Shown here in pieces: positions 1 to 8,868 of a stretch of 33,116 nt of DNA. Every line of letters begins with the position of its first letter. The first letter of the stretch is position 1. Source of the stretch: Thaumarchaeota archaeon S13 (GTDB taxonomy: Archaea; Thermoproteota; Nitrososphaeria; Nitrososphaerales; Nitrosopumilaceae); contig RHFA01000102.1 in assembly GCA_003724275.1 (NCBI GenBank), positions 1-33,116 on the forward strand, written 5' to 3'. Under the pieces are notes generated by a model. That model made no database searches and was not told the origin of the DNA. It saw only the letters and a list, made by a program, of their open reading frames with translations. The translations under genes were made by a program, and so were the position numbers.

Positions 1-1
1 C

Positions 2-304
2 GGGGAGACGCTGGGCATCGACGGCGTGCCCACGCGCCTCTCGCTCGTGCGGGCCGGCCCTGGCGACGGCGCCGCCTCGCTCCTCCTCTCCGAGTGCGAG
101 CCGGGCTCGTGGGTCACCGTGGACATTGACGACGCCATGCCCATAGACGCCGCCGGCGCGCCGGTGGCCGCGGTCCACTGTGGGGGGGAGGCCCCGGTAA
201 ACGCGGCGCTGGTCGGCTCTGATCACGCCTCGGTCGACGGGGACATGTGCGCCTCGTCCGAGTTTGCGCTCCACGAGTGGGCCGTGCGGGGGTGCGCGGG
301 CTAG
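2..304 (+). CDS. 3' end of an unidentified protein (partial, continues upstream of the window)
   Basis: The frame is open from the window edge to TAG 302-304. Codon position 3 is strongly G/C, and the translation is Asp/Gly/Ala/Val-rich rather than Arg/Pro-biased. The stop overlaps candidate GTG starts (277, 292) of the next gene. No family motif recognised. Confidence 0.4.
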   Translation, partial: GETLGIDGVPTRLSLVRAGPGDGAASLLLSECEPGSWVTVDIDDAMPIDAAGAPVAAVHCGGEAPVNAALVGSDHASVDGDMCASSEFALHEWAVRGCAG

Positions 305-3300
305 TGGGGGCAATACTAGCCGCAGTCATTGTCATGGCGGTCATGGGCGCCTCGCTCTCGCTGCTCCACGCGCACCTCGAGGGCGTCGACGAGTACAACA
401 GGCGCGCAGCCGAGGTCGCCGACGCGCACCGGCGCGCCGTCCACGAGAGCGTGGGCGTGTCAGCGGAGCCGTCTGACGGGGGGTCGTACACGGTGAACGT
501 CGCCAACGAGCGCGCAGACCCGGTGGAGATCATAGAGGTGAGGTCTGTCCTCGAGAACGGCACGGCCGCGCGCCTTCCCGAGTTTGGCGGGACGATCAGC
601 CTTGCGGGGTTTGGGGAGGCCAGCGTGGGGTATGACGTGCCCGAGGGCGCCACGGGGACAGTCAGGATACTCGCCGTCACGCGAATGGGCAACACGTTTG
701 GCGCCGAGATTGGCGCGCAGGGCAAAGAGCCGGACGCCACGCGCGCCACGGTAAACGGCATGGGGATCGGAAGCCGCCTCGCCCAGGCCGAGTACTCTGG
801 CCACGTGATATACGGCTCGGACTCGTGGGGCTCCATCTCCTCGCTCAGGCCGCACGTCGGCGTCGACGGGGGCGCCTCTGCTGCGCCGCCGAGCTTTGCG
901 GCGCTCCTCCTCGACTCGGATGCCGAGTCGTCCGTGGCGATCTCGGGCTATGATGCCGGCACGCTGATCACCTTGGGTGTGGACGGGACGCTTTCCAGCT
1001 CCGAAAAGCCCTCCCTCCTGGCGCTCACCGAGTCGCGCGGGGGGCCCGCGGCCTCTGACGCCGGCGAGATTACGGTCTCCGGCACTGGCCAGGCCATGAT
1101 CCGCCTCGACCCCGCGATGTTTGGCAAGCGGGTTCTCCTGAACGCGACGCTAGGCGGCGGGAGGGTCGAGATGCTCACGTCCCCGCACGGGAGCCTGGCG
1201 ACTCCCGTTGACATAGCGCAGGTGCGCGCCAAGTGTCCCGGGCTTACGTGGATGTCCAAACAGAATTACGTATACGCAGATACTACCGAGATCATCGCGT
1301 CCAACGGATGGCCAATAGACCTTAGAGGGTTTGGGGCATACTTGATCTACTCTGGCCCGGCTCCAGAACTCGAGCTAACGCCACATACTGTCACACGCTC
1401 AAAGTCCGGCACGATTGAAGATCGCAACATCCACATTCACTACTGGTCCCTAGTCCACAGGATGCCTACTACAGTCTCGGGGCACGCGACCCAAATAGGC
1501 CTAAGCGAGCATCTCGCACTACGCGACTACCATCGTAATTTCCTTCACGGATCCAACACGTTTTTGTATGGATTTCACCACGGGGAGTTTTCTGTGCAGT
1601 ACAACTCTACATCGCTACAGATGCCGGGCTCGGGCCTGCTCCTGCGCGACGGCTCCCGCGCACATGTTGCGTACGGGCCGGCCATGTCCTCCAAGCTGTT
1701 GGTGTCACAGGCCTCCCCGCCGAATTCTCGCCTCCACGCGGTGAACGACGACACGCCAGTGCCTATAATAAAGCGCTGGGTATCGCACTCAAAATTGGGG
1801 ATATTCCTTGTGTTCAGCACCTGGACACAAACCCACTACCCGCACATCATCGTCTCTGCCGCAGGTGAGCCGAGCCTTGTAACAAGGGATGTTGGGGATA
1901 GCCAGTATAAAGGCGGCGACCAGTTTTTTGGCATTCCAATAATGTCCTTCAGGGAGGGAACTTCAGGAAACGACGACTATGTGAGCCTCGCGGAGGTTAC
2001 GTTTAACGCAATAGATCCGCGCCAAACGATCCTGACGCATGTGACGAACAATCCGAGATACCCGCCGTATTGGACGTTTGCTCGGGTCGCGTGGGACAAT
2101 TCATTCTGCGTCATTGCGGACCGGCCCTACGTCTCCGAGCGCACGTTCGCGTCTGACACGGTGGCCACGACAGTCGTGGTGCCGGAGAGGGATCAGCACG
2201 CGCGACACCTTTACCTCCTAGTCACCACACGCGCAGGACCCGTCACGCTCAGCGCCGTCTCCGGGGACTCCATAGGCGGCCTCACGCCGTCGGTCCCGTA
2301 CGTTATGGAGCTCGACGGGCGGGCGCTCCACTCGGGGATCACGACCGAGCGTGGCACAATCCCGTTCGTGGACGGCCTGCCGGGCTCGTTCACGCTGCGC
2401 CTATACCCGGACTCGGCGTCGTACCGCGGCGCCTTTAGCACGGTCGTCTTTGACCCGCGCGCCGGCGAGTCCGTCAGGGTCGCCGGCGAGGGGGACAGCG
2501 TCTACACGGTCCACACGTGGGCACAGGTGCCCGTGACGGGAACCGTCACGGTCAGCGACGTCGAGGTCCGCACGAGGGACGGCACTGGCCTGCGCCTGGA
2601 GTATCTTGACGGCGAGTACTCTGCGGGCGCCGGAGACGGGGGCCGAATCTGGGTTCCCGTAATACCGGGGCACTTTTCGATACACATGAGGATCAACGGC
2701 GTCGACGCGGCCCTGCGCTACTCGGACGCGCTGGGGGGCAGCAACGTGAGGGTGATTCCGGCCTCCACCAGCACGGTGTCGCGCGCCTCCGTTGACGGCC
2801 CAATCCAGAGCATAGGCGCGTCCGCCGGCACGTCGGCGTACGCGATCGCCTCCTCTGACCTGCCCATAGTCGCCATCATCAGCTCGACCATGTCGGGAAC
2901 CGCGTACATTGAGCACGAGCACGCCGCGCGGACGGTGCGCACGTGCGTGCGCGACCCGCTCACGGGGTGGATAACGGCCTACAAGAACGGCGAGCTCGTC
3001 TATGAGAGCAACAGGATCGTCGACTACAATCCCGCCATCACCAGGTCAAGCACCGTGAACGGCGAGGGGTTTGGCGTCACTCGCGCCACGTTCCAGTACG
3101 ACCGAGTGGCAATCGACGAGACGGTCGTGGTAAACGACGTCTCTGTCGGAGACTTTGTCGAGTTTCACGTGCACGCCAACATATACGCCGAGCACCCCTT
3201 TGCGTCGGCCACGTTTAGGTCGTGGTGCGGATGGGGCACCACCACTGTCCACGTCTCAAGCGAGGCTAGCGCCACTGCCAACATCCACGGCGGGAGCATC

Positions 3301-3312
3301 ATTGTTGGCTAG
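247..3312 (+). CDS. Very large surface protein with an archaeal type IV pilin-like (class III signal peptide) N-terminus
   Basis: Longest ORF in this frame. In-frame GTG starts lie at 247, 277 and 292. The N-terminus reads ...RVGRAGVRG/LVGAILAAVIVMAVMGASLSLL: a basic leader, Arg-Gly, then about 20 hydrophobic residues, as in prepilin/prearchaellin signals (Pilin_N-like). The following segment (YTVNVANERADPVEIIEVRSV..NGT) resembles the beta-rich region after archaeal pilin N-termini. The remaining roughly 950 aa have no recognised domain. Start uncertain; 277 or 292 is likely. Confidence 0.6.
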   Translation: MRLVRVCAPRVGRAGVRGLVGAILAAVIVMAVMGASLSLLHAHLEGVDEYNRRAAEVADAHRRAVHESVGVSAEPSDGGSYTVNVANERADPVEIIEVRSVLENGTAARLPEFGGTISLAGFGEASVGYDVPEGATGTVRILAVTRMGNTFGAEIGAQGKEPDATRATVNGMGIGSRLAQAEYSGHVIYGSDSWGSISSLRPHVGVDGGASAAPPSFAALLLDSDAESSVAISGYDAGTLITLGVDGTLSSSEKPSLLALTESRGGPAASDAGEITVSGTGQAMIRLDPAMFGKRVLLNATLGGGRVEMLTSPHGSLATPVDIAQVRAKCPGLTWMSKQNYVYADTTEIIASNGWPIDLRGFGAYLIYSGPAPELELTPHTVTRSKSGTIEDRNIHIHYWSLVHRMPTTVSGHATQIGLSEHLALRDYHRNFLHGSNTFLYGFHHGEFSVQYNSTSLQMPGSGLLLRDGSRAHVAYGPAMSSKLLVSQASPPNSRLHAVNDDTPVPIIKRWVSHSKLGIFLVFSTWTQTHYPHIIVSAAGEPSLVTRDVGDSQYKGGDQFFGIPIMSFREGTSGNDDYVSLAEVTFNAIDPRQTILTHVTNNPRYPPYWTFARVAWDNSFCVIADRPYVSERTFASDTVATTVVVPERDQHARHLYLLVTTRAGPVTLSAVSGDSIGGLTPSVPYVMELDGRALHSGITTERGTIPFVDGLPGSFTLRLYPDSASYRGAFSTVVFDPRAGESVRVAGEGDSVYTVHTWAQVPVTGTVTVSDVEVRTRDGTGLRLEYLDGEYSAGAGDGGRIWVPVIPGHFSIHMRINGVDAALRYSDALGGSNVRVIPASTSTVSRASVDGPIQSIGASAGTSAYAIASSDLPIVAIISSTMSGTAYIEHEHAARTVRTCVRDPLTGWITAYKNGELVYESNRIVDYNPAITRSSTVNGEGFGVTRATFQYDRVAIDETVVVNDVSVGDFVEFHVHANIYAEHPFASATFRSWCGWGTTTVHVSSEASATANIHGGSIIVG

Positions 3313-6300
3313 CACCGCGCGCCTGGCGTGCGCCGCGCTTGCCCTTGCGCTCTGCGCGCCCCACGCCGCGCTCGCGCAGGACGCCGCCGACGCGCCGCCG
3401 GCCCCGCTCTCGCTTGCCGCCGACGGCGATCGCTCCCACGAGGCCGGATCCAGCCCGCAGTCCCTCACGCTGCGCGCGCTCTCGGGCGACGGGGCCGTCG
3501 GGGAGGCGCGCCTGCGCCTCGAGCTCCTCGACGCCCCGCGCTCGGCATACTGCACGTGCGGCGAGGCGACAACGGGGGCCGACGGCACGTTTTCCATCGA
3601 GTGGGGCGCAGCAGAGGCCGGCGCCATGACGCTGCGCGTAGAGGCCGAGGCCGACGGCCACGCGCCGGCCGTGGGGAGGTTTGCGCTGACGGTCACGGGC
3701 GCCGGCTCCGAGGCCCCCAGCGCGACCATCTGGATACCGCCGTCGATGCTCGAGGGGCACGAGTACGAGGGCGTCGTGGTGGCCGCCGAGGCTCGCGCGC
3801 AGGGCGCGCGCATACTCCTCACCTCCGGCGACCCCGAGTCGCTCGAGGTGGACCGCGAGGCGATCATCCACCCCGGCGACAACCACGCGATCTTTGGCCT
3901 GCGCGCCCTCCTTGCCGGCGCGGATCCCGTGGGCGTCTTTGCGTCGATAAGCGGGCCGCTCGTGAGCGCCGAGTCCCGCATATACTCGCAGAACAGCGTC
4001 CCCTCGCGCCTAGAGGTCGTCATGGCCTCAAACAGCACGATATCCGACGAGGTCACCGCGTACGTCTTTGCGCTAGACGCCAACGGCGCGCCGGCCCGCG
4101 TGGCCTCCGAGACGGGGGTTCGCCTCGAGGCCGCCGGCTCGCTCGAGGCGCCGGCCAGCGCGGTGATCCCGGAGGGCGGGTTTCACGCCAGGCTTGCCGT
4201 GCGCGTCAACGGCGACGGCCTGCTGCACGCGCACGCCACAGGCCTCGAGGCGGCCGGCCAGGCGATCACAAAGGAGAGGCGGGACGTGGAGCTGCGAATA
4301 GGCGTCGCGCCAGAGCACGCCGGAGAGGACGGCCACGCCACCTATACGGTGTGGCTCGAGGAGGGCGGCCGCCCGCACTCGCGCCACGGGGTCCTCGCGG
4401 GGCAGGTCCACACGGACAGCACGCGCGTGGCGGGGTTTCTCCCGGTGTCCCCGGAGAACTCCGAGTCCGCGGCGCTGGGCCTGCGCGGGGGCGTGGCGAG
4501 CGGGACCGTCTACACGCGCGAGGCCGGCGAGGCGACGATCACGGCCACGGTTCCGGACGTGGGGACCGCCACGGCGAGGGTCCTCGTGGGCGCGGCATAC
4601 TCTGCCAACGTCGCCGCGCAGGGCGAGGACGCGGCCGCTGACAGCGGGGGCCTCGAGCCGGCGCCAGGGGAGTGCTCCGCCGCGCCTTCGGGCGCCGAGG
4701 TCGACGGCATGCGCGCGTGGGTCCACCCATCGCTCACCTCAGGGCCCGCGACGCTGACTGTCGCACAGTACCACGACTCTGCGGCGCACGGCGCGTGCGC
4801 CGCGGCCATTGACGCGCGCGAGGGGACAGGCGACGACGAGGGCACCGGGGAGGACTGCCCCGAGAGGGACGGGGTGCCAGAGTGCCATGCGGTGCGCCAC
4901 CCCATGGAGGCCGACGGCCGCCGCGTGTCGCTGTCCGTCTCGCCGCCCGGCGTCGACTATGACGCCTCCGTCGAGCTTTTGCACGGGTCACTGCGCTCGT
5001 TTGCGGCAAGCTTTGGCGTCCTGGCGCGCGACGTGGGCAACTATACGCTAGCCGCCACTGCGACCAACGTGGGCACGGCGCTTGCCAACTTTAGCGCCGC
5101 GCCGCCCAGCCAGCCGGGGCACTCGCTGCGCGTCGTCCCCCTGCGCGTCGCGCCTGGCGGCGGCATGCAGGACGTGGCCCTCGTCTCTGTCGCCGGGCCA
5201 GGCGGGGCGCTCGTCGGCGCGCGCGAGGCCTTTGGGCGCCCCGTCGAGGCGACGGTAGCCGGCGCGGGCATCCCCGAGCGCACGCTGCGCATATCCGGCG
5301 ACTCGGCCGTGCTCAGGGCCGACCTGGGCGCGAGCACGCGGGTCACCGCGACGGCGCCGGGCCTCGGGCGCGGGACCGCCGAGATTGCGATTCCCGGCGT
5401 CGTGGCCGGCGTCGACCTTGCGCTCCCGCAGAGCGTGCACCTCCACGAGGAGTTTCCGTTCGCGATGCACCTGGTCGACTCGTTCGGTACGCCGCTCTCG
5501 CTGGCCGGCGAGGCGGCGGTTGCGGCAAGCGGCCTGGACGTGGACTGGGGCGCGCGCCGGATGAGCGCGCAGCGGTCCGGCAACGTCACGCTGTCGGTTC
5601 TCGCCGAGCACGGGGCGCACGAGGGCTCTGTCGCCGTCTTTGCCAACACGCTCGGCCTTGACGTGAGGGCGTCGGCGGCGACGGCGCGCACGGGCACGCC
5701 GTTCAGGATAGACGTCATAGCCTCCGCGCCGGACATTGGCATCGACGTGAGCTCGCCGATCCCCTGGGAGCGCGTGGGCGCCTCGACGTCAATAGACGTC
5801 ACCGCCGCCGTTCCCGGCACGTTTCCCGTGACGATAACCGCATCCAAGAGGGGATACGAGCCCTCGCACGAGACGCTCAGCGTGACCGTCGAGGAGTATG
5901 CAATCCTTGACGTCTCGGCGGAGGGAACCGACGGGCGGGCCCTGGGAATGCGCAACGTCACGCTCGTCACGCGCGCGCACGACGGCGCCGCGCCAGAGCG
6001 CGAGATCTCGCTGCCGTGGAGGCGCGAGTACAGGGACCTCGCCTCGGCCGAGGTGGAGTTTCCCCAGTCGCACGGGGGCTCGTACGCGCTGCTAGAGGTG
6101 ACGGTGAACGGCGAGGGTCACGCCGGCGGCCCGATAGCGCTGTCGACGGGCGGGGACACCGTGGTCAGGGCCGTCTATGACCGCAGCGTGACAGTCGGCG
6201 TGGAGGGCGGGCCGGTCAGCGGGGCCGGCGCGCACGCGTACGGCTCGCTCGTGACACTCGTAGCCGAGCCCGTCGAGGCCGTGCCGCTTCTCGCGTACGG

Positions 6301-6553
6301 CGTCTTTGAGGGCTGGGAGGGACTCCCCGAGGGCGCCGCCGTCGAGGGCAACACGGCGGCCTTTGCGGCGGACGGCGACGTCTCGGTCACCGCGCTTTAC
6401 CGGCAGGACTATACGGGCGCGCTTGTCGCGGCCCTCGCCGCGATGGCCGGCACCGCGCTCTGGAGGGCCTCGAGGCGGCACGGCGGCGTCTCGCCGGCGT
6501 GGGCCCTGGGCGAGGCGGCGCGCCGCGTGCGCGCGCGGGCGTGGAATCGTTAA
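3302..6553 (+). CDS. Large secreted, membrane-anchored surface protein (Sec-type signal peptide, Ig-like-looking repeats, C-terminal TM anchor)
   Basis: The track ORF is 3155-6553, but ATG 3155 would overlap the upstream gene by 158 nt. A TTG at 3302/3305 gives M(L)ASTARLACAALALALCAPHAALA/QD, a classic signal peptide with an AxA site, and overlaps the upstream stop by only 11 nt. The C-terminus GALVAALAAMAGTALW followed by RASRRH looks like a TM anchor plus basic tail. Ala/Gly/Val/Thr-rich beta-like segments such as TTGADGTFSI and TLRVEAEADG occur internally. Confidence 0.6.
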   Translation: MLASTARLACAALALALCAPHAALAQDAADAPPAPLSLAADGDRSHEAGSSPQSLTLRALSGDGAVGEARLRLELLDAPRSAYCTCGEATTGADGTFSIEWGAAEAGAMTLRVEAEADGHAPAVGRFALTVTGAGSEAPSATIWIPPSMLEGHEYEGVVVAAEARAQGARILLTSGDPESLEVDREAIIHPGDNHAIFGLRALLAGADPVGVFASISGPLVSAESRIYSQNSVPSRLEVVMASNSTISDEVTAYVFALDANGAPARVASETGVRLEAAGSLEAPASAVIPEGGFHARLAVRVNGDGLLHAHATGLEAAGQAITKERRDVELRIGVAPEHAGEDGHATYTVWLEEGGRPHSRHGVLAGQVHTDSTRVAGFLPVSPENSESAALGLRGGVASGTVYTREAGEATITATVPDVGTATARVLVGAAYSANVAAQGEDAAADSGGLEPAPGECSAAPSGAEVDGMRAWVHPSLTSGPATLTVAQYHDSAAHGACAAAIDAREGTGDDEGTGEDCPERDGVPECHAVRHPMEADGRRVSLSVSPPGVDYDASVELLHGSLRSFAASFGVLARDVGNYTLAATATNVGTALANFSAAPPSQPGHSLRVVPLRVAPGGGMQDVALVSVAGPGGALVGAREAFGRPVEATVAGAGIPERTLRISGDSAVLRADLGASTRVTATAPGLGRGTAEIAIPGVVAGVDLALPQSVHLHEEFPFAMHLVDSFGTPLSLAGEAAVAASGLDVDWGARRMSAQRSGNVTLSVLAEHGAHEGSVAVFANTLGLDVRASAATARTGTPFRIDVIASAPDIGIDVSSPIPWERVGASTSIDVTAAVPGTFPVTITASKRGYEPSHETLSVTVEEYAILDVSAEGTDGRALGMRNVTLVTRAHDGAAPEREISLPWRREYRDLASAEVEFPQSHGGSYALLEVTVNGEGHAGGPIALSTGGDTVVRAVYDRSVTVGVEGGPVSGAGAHAYGSLVTLVAEPVEAVPLLAYGVFEGWEGLPEGAAVEGNTAAFAADGDVSVTALYRQDYTGALVAALAAMAGTALWRASRRHGGVSPAWALGEAARRVRARAWNR

Positions 6554-6556
6554 ATT
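6550..6556 (+). promoter_or_regulatory. TATA-like box (TTAAATT) for bud32
   Basis: An isolated AT-rich heptamer in GC-rich DNA, 25 nt upstream of ATG 6581. This matches the spacing seen at other genes in the window. Confidence 0.45.
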
Positions 6557-6580
6557 GGCCGCGTGCGCGCGCGGGCCGCG

Positions 6581-7201
6581 ATGAGGCTGCTGTGCAGGGG
6601 GGCCGAGGCCGACATATACCTGGGAGAGCGCTCTGGCCGCGAGGCCGTCATCAAGGTCCGCCGAGCGCGCGCGTACATTGACGCGAGCCTGGACGCGAGG
6701 CTGCGCCACGCGCGCACAATCCGCGAGGCCCAGATGATCTCGGCCGTCAAGGCCCTCGGCGTGCCTGCCCCGCTCGTCCTCGACGTTGACGTCAGGCGCC
6801 ACACGATAGCCATGCAGCGCATACGCGGCACGGTCGTCGGGACAATGCGCTCCTCCCGCCTTGCGGCCGCCTGCGCTGGCATTGGGCGGATAGCCGCGCG
6901 CCTCCACCGCGGCGGCATCGTCCACGGCGACATGACGACGTCAAACTTTGTCGCCTCGCGCGGCAGGCTCTTTGTGCTTGACCTTGGCCTGTCCTCGAGG
7001 ACAAGGCGCGACGAGGACTGCGCCGTGGACCTGCGCCTCTTCAAGGAGACGCTCAACAGCGCGCATGCCGCCGACGCGCGCGAGTCGTGGCGGTCATTTG
7101 CATCGGCGTACGCGCCGGCCCTGGGCAGGCAGAGGTTTGCGCGCGTCTCCAGGACGCTTGCGGACATTGAGGCGAGGGGAAGGTATGCCACGGTCACCTG
7201 A
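6581..7201 (+). CDS. bud32: KEOPS subunit Bud32 / Kae1-associated serine-threonine kinase
   Basis: Motifs: RGAEADIY near the N-terminus, VIKVRR, LDARLRHARTIREA, IVHGDMTTSNF (catalytic loop), VLDLGL, and EDCAVDLRLF. Start placed at ATG 6581 (the track start GTG 6563 is only 7 nt from the TATA-like box). Confidence 0.85.
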   Translation: MRLLCRGAEADIYLGERSGREAVIKVRRARAYIDASLDARLRHARTIREAQMISAVKALGVPAPLVLDVDVRRHTIAMQRIRGTVVGTMRSSRLAAACAGIGRIAARLHRGGIVHGDMTTSNFVASRGRLFVLDLGLSSRTRRDEDCAVDLRLFKETLNSAHAADARESWRSFASAYAPALGRQRFARVSRTLADIEARGRYATVT

Positions 7202-7781
7202 CCTGCTATTCGCGACGTCAAACGATCACAAGTACTCCGAGGCCAGCGAAATACTTGGGGGCCACGGGCTGAGCCTCGGCCGCCTCGAGTGCGACCTCGT
7301 GGAGATCCAGTCGCCCTCGCTGAGCGAGATCGCCTCGAAAAAGGCCGCCGACGCGCTCTTGCTCTGCTCGCGGCCCGTCATCGCCGAGGACGCCGGCCTC
7401 TTTGTCGACTCGCTAAACGGCTTTCCCGGCCCCTACTCGGCGTTCGTCCACGCCACGATGGGGTGCGCGGGGGTCCTGCGCGCCATGGCGGGCGGCGCGC
7501 GAACGGCGAGCTTTTGCGCGGCCGTCGCGTACGCCAAGCCCGGCGCGCCGGCCCCGCGCGTCTTTGAGTCGCGCGTGCGCGGCACCATAGCGCACGGCGA
7601 GCTGGGCGACGGGTGGGGATATGACCCGATATTTGTCCCCGAGGGCTCGTCCGAGACGTACGCGCAGATGCCAGACAAGTCGCGCGTCTCGCACAGGGCA
7701 CTCGCGCTGGGAATGCTCGCCGGGTGGCTCACGCGTACGCGGCAATCATGCGCTCGATCGGGCGCCTCGAGTTGCGCATGA
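7185..7781 (+). CDS. Non-canonical purine NTP pyrophosphatase (HAM1/RdgB/ITPase family)
   Basis: Motifs: LLFATSNDHKYSEA, VEIQSPSL, IAEDAGLFVDSLNGFPGPYSA, WGYDPIFVPEG, SHRALAL. ATG 7185 is in frame within track ORF 6948-7781 and overlaps the bud32 stop by 17 nt, so the two are probably co-transcribed. Confidence 0.85.
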   Translation: MPRSPDLLFATSNDHKYSEASEILGGHGLSLGRLECDLVEIQSPSLSEIASKKAADALLLCSRPVIAEDAGLFVDSLNGFPGPYSAFVHATMGCAGVLRAMAGGARTASFCAAVAYAKPGAPAPRVFESRVRGTIAHGELGDGWGYDPIFVPEGSSETYAQMPDKSRVSHRALALGMLAGWLTRTRQSCARSGASSCA

Positions 7782-8742
7782 CGACAATCCTGGAGACCTC
7801 GCTCTCGTCCATGAACTCAAAGGGCCCGCGAACCTCGATTCCGCGCGCAAACTCGCGCACCTCGTCCATCTCTAGCATGCTCTCGCGCTCGAGCCTTTCC
7901 GTAGAGCGGCCCACGTGCATGTAGGACTTTGCCTCGACAAAGTGCGCGCCAGACGACTCTAGCATGCGCGCAAACGCGCCGTGCCCTTTTGCGTCGGCGT
8001 TGTGGCCGCGTATTAGCGTCACGCGGATGACCGTCCGCGTGCCAATCCCGTCAAGCAGCCCGAGCGTCTCGTTCCACCTCTCCCAAGAGTCGGCATAGCG
8101 CGGGCGGTTTATCCGCATGAACGACTCGCGGTCTGCGGCGTTTGCCGAGAGGTAGAGCTGCGTGGGCAGCGCGTCCTCGTCGCGCAGGCGCCGTATCATC
8201 GACGGCTCCTGGCCGTTGGTGACCAAAAAGACGGACTTTGTGGCCTCGAGGGACTTGAGGTGCCTTATGAGCTCCGGCAGGTGGGGGTACATTGTCGGCT
8301 CGCCAGACAGCGATATCGCATAGTGGCTCGGGAGCTGGGCCTCGTCTATGAGGGCCGAGTCTGCGGCCGCGTCGCCATAGTGGCCCATGAGGAGGCGCCT
8401 TCGCTCGGCCATGAGGCCGCGCATCATCTCCTCGGGGTCTGCGGCCCTGGGGGCCTCGATGGCCATCGAGTCGTAAAACTCTACGGGCCGCCAGCAGTAG
8501 ACGCACCTGTTCTGGCAGTGCATCCCGGCCGGCGAGAACTCCATGCACCTGTGGGTCGATATGCCGTAAAAGGAGTGCTTGTAGCACGTGCCGCGGCCCC
8601 TAAAGGACCTCTTTGTCCAGTGGCAGAGGCCCACGGTCCCGTGGTCGGATATGCCATACTTGGCGCGCCTCAGGCGCGCGGCCTTGAGGCCCTCGATCTG
8701 GACTATGCCTTCGGGCTCTGCGACCTCCCCCGAGCAGCTCAA
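7729..8742 (-). CDS. taw1: tRNA 4-demethylwyosine synthase (radical SAM, TYW1/Taw1)
   Basis: Motifs: GLCHWTKRS, TCYKHSFYGISTHRCMEFSPAGMHCQNRCVYCWRP (auxiliary and radical-SAM Cys clusters), ISLSGEPTMYPHL, FLVTNG. The start is TTG at 8742. Confidence 0.9.
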   Translation of the reverse strand: MSCSGEVAEPEGIVQIEGLKAARLRRAKYGISDHGTVGLCHWTKRSFRGRGTCYKHSFYGISTHRCMEFSPAGMHCQNRCVYCWRPVEFYDSMAIEAPRAADPEEMMRGLMAERRRLLMGHYGDAAADSALIDEAQLPSHYAISLSGEPTMYPHLPELIRHLKSLEATKSVFLVTNGQEPSMIRRLRDEDALPTQLYLSANAADRESFMRINRPRYADSWERWNETLGLLDGIGTRTVIRVTLIRGHNADAKGHGAFARMLESSGAHFVEAKSYMHVGRSTERLERESMLEMDEVREFARGIEVRGPFEFMDESEVSRIVVMRNSRRPIERMIAAYA

Positions 8743-8765
8743 GACGCCGCCGCGGCGCGGCGCGC

Positions 8766-8775
8766 TTTAATTTAA
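8766..8775 (-). promoter_or_regulatory. TATA-like box for taw1 (TTAAATTAAA on the minus strand)
   Basis: AT-only decamer 24 nt upstream of the TTG start at 8742. Confidence 0.45.
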
Positions 8776-8832
8776 CCTATGGCAAGCCCGCGCGGGGCCT
8801 CCCGCACGCGTGGGGCCGCCGGGATCCGGTAT

Positions 8833-8845
8833 TAAGTTTAATAAC
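8833..8845 (+). promoter_or_regulatory. TATA-like box TAAGTTTAATAAC for TSP3-repeat gene A
   Basis: The 11-nt core AAGTTTAATAA recurs upstream of all three repeat genes. ATG 8869 lies 25 nt after the core. Confidence 0.6.
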
Positions 8846-8868
8846 CCATCTGCCGGCGCCCCCCCGTG

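Noticed and set aside
114-836. A set of long antisense or alternative-frame ORFs: 114-836(-), 3256-4083(-), 3328-4641(+), 5041-5970(-), 6092-6925(-), 6550-7221(-), 13765-15261(-), 16948-17832(+), 25150-26211(+), 28874-29947(-), 29636-30340(+), 31070-32068(+), 20721-21425(+).
   Set aside because: All overlap genes that have clear family motifs. Most are wobble-aligned shadows or frames that stay open because stops are rare in GC-rich DNA. Their translations are dominated by Arg/Ala/Pro/Ser/Gly, and none shows a recognisable domain.
3155-3301. ATG 3155 as the start of the second giant surface protein.
   Set aside because: It would overlap the upstream gene by 158 nt and add a Pro/Ser/Thr/Arg-rich 49 aa ahead of an otherwise perfectly N-terminal signal peptide. 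TTG 3302/3305 fits better.
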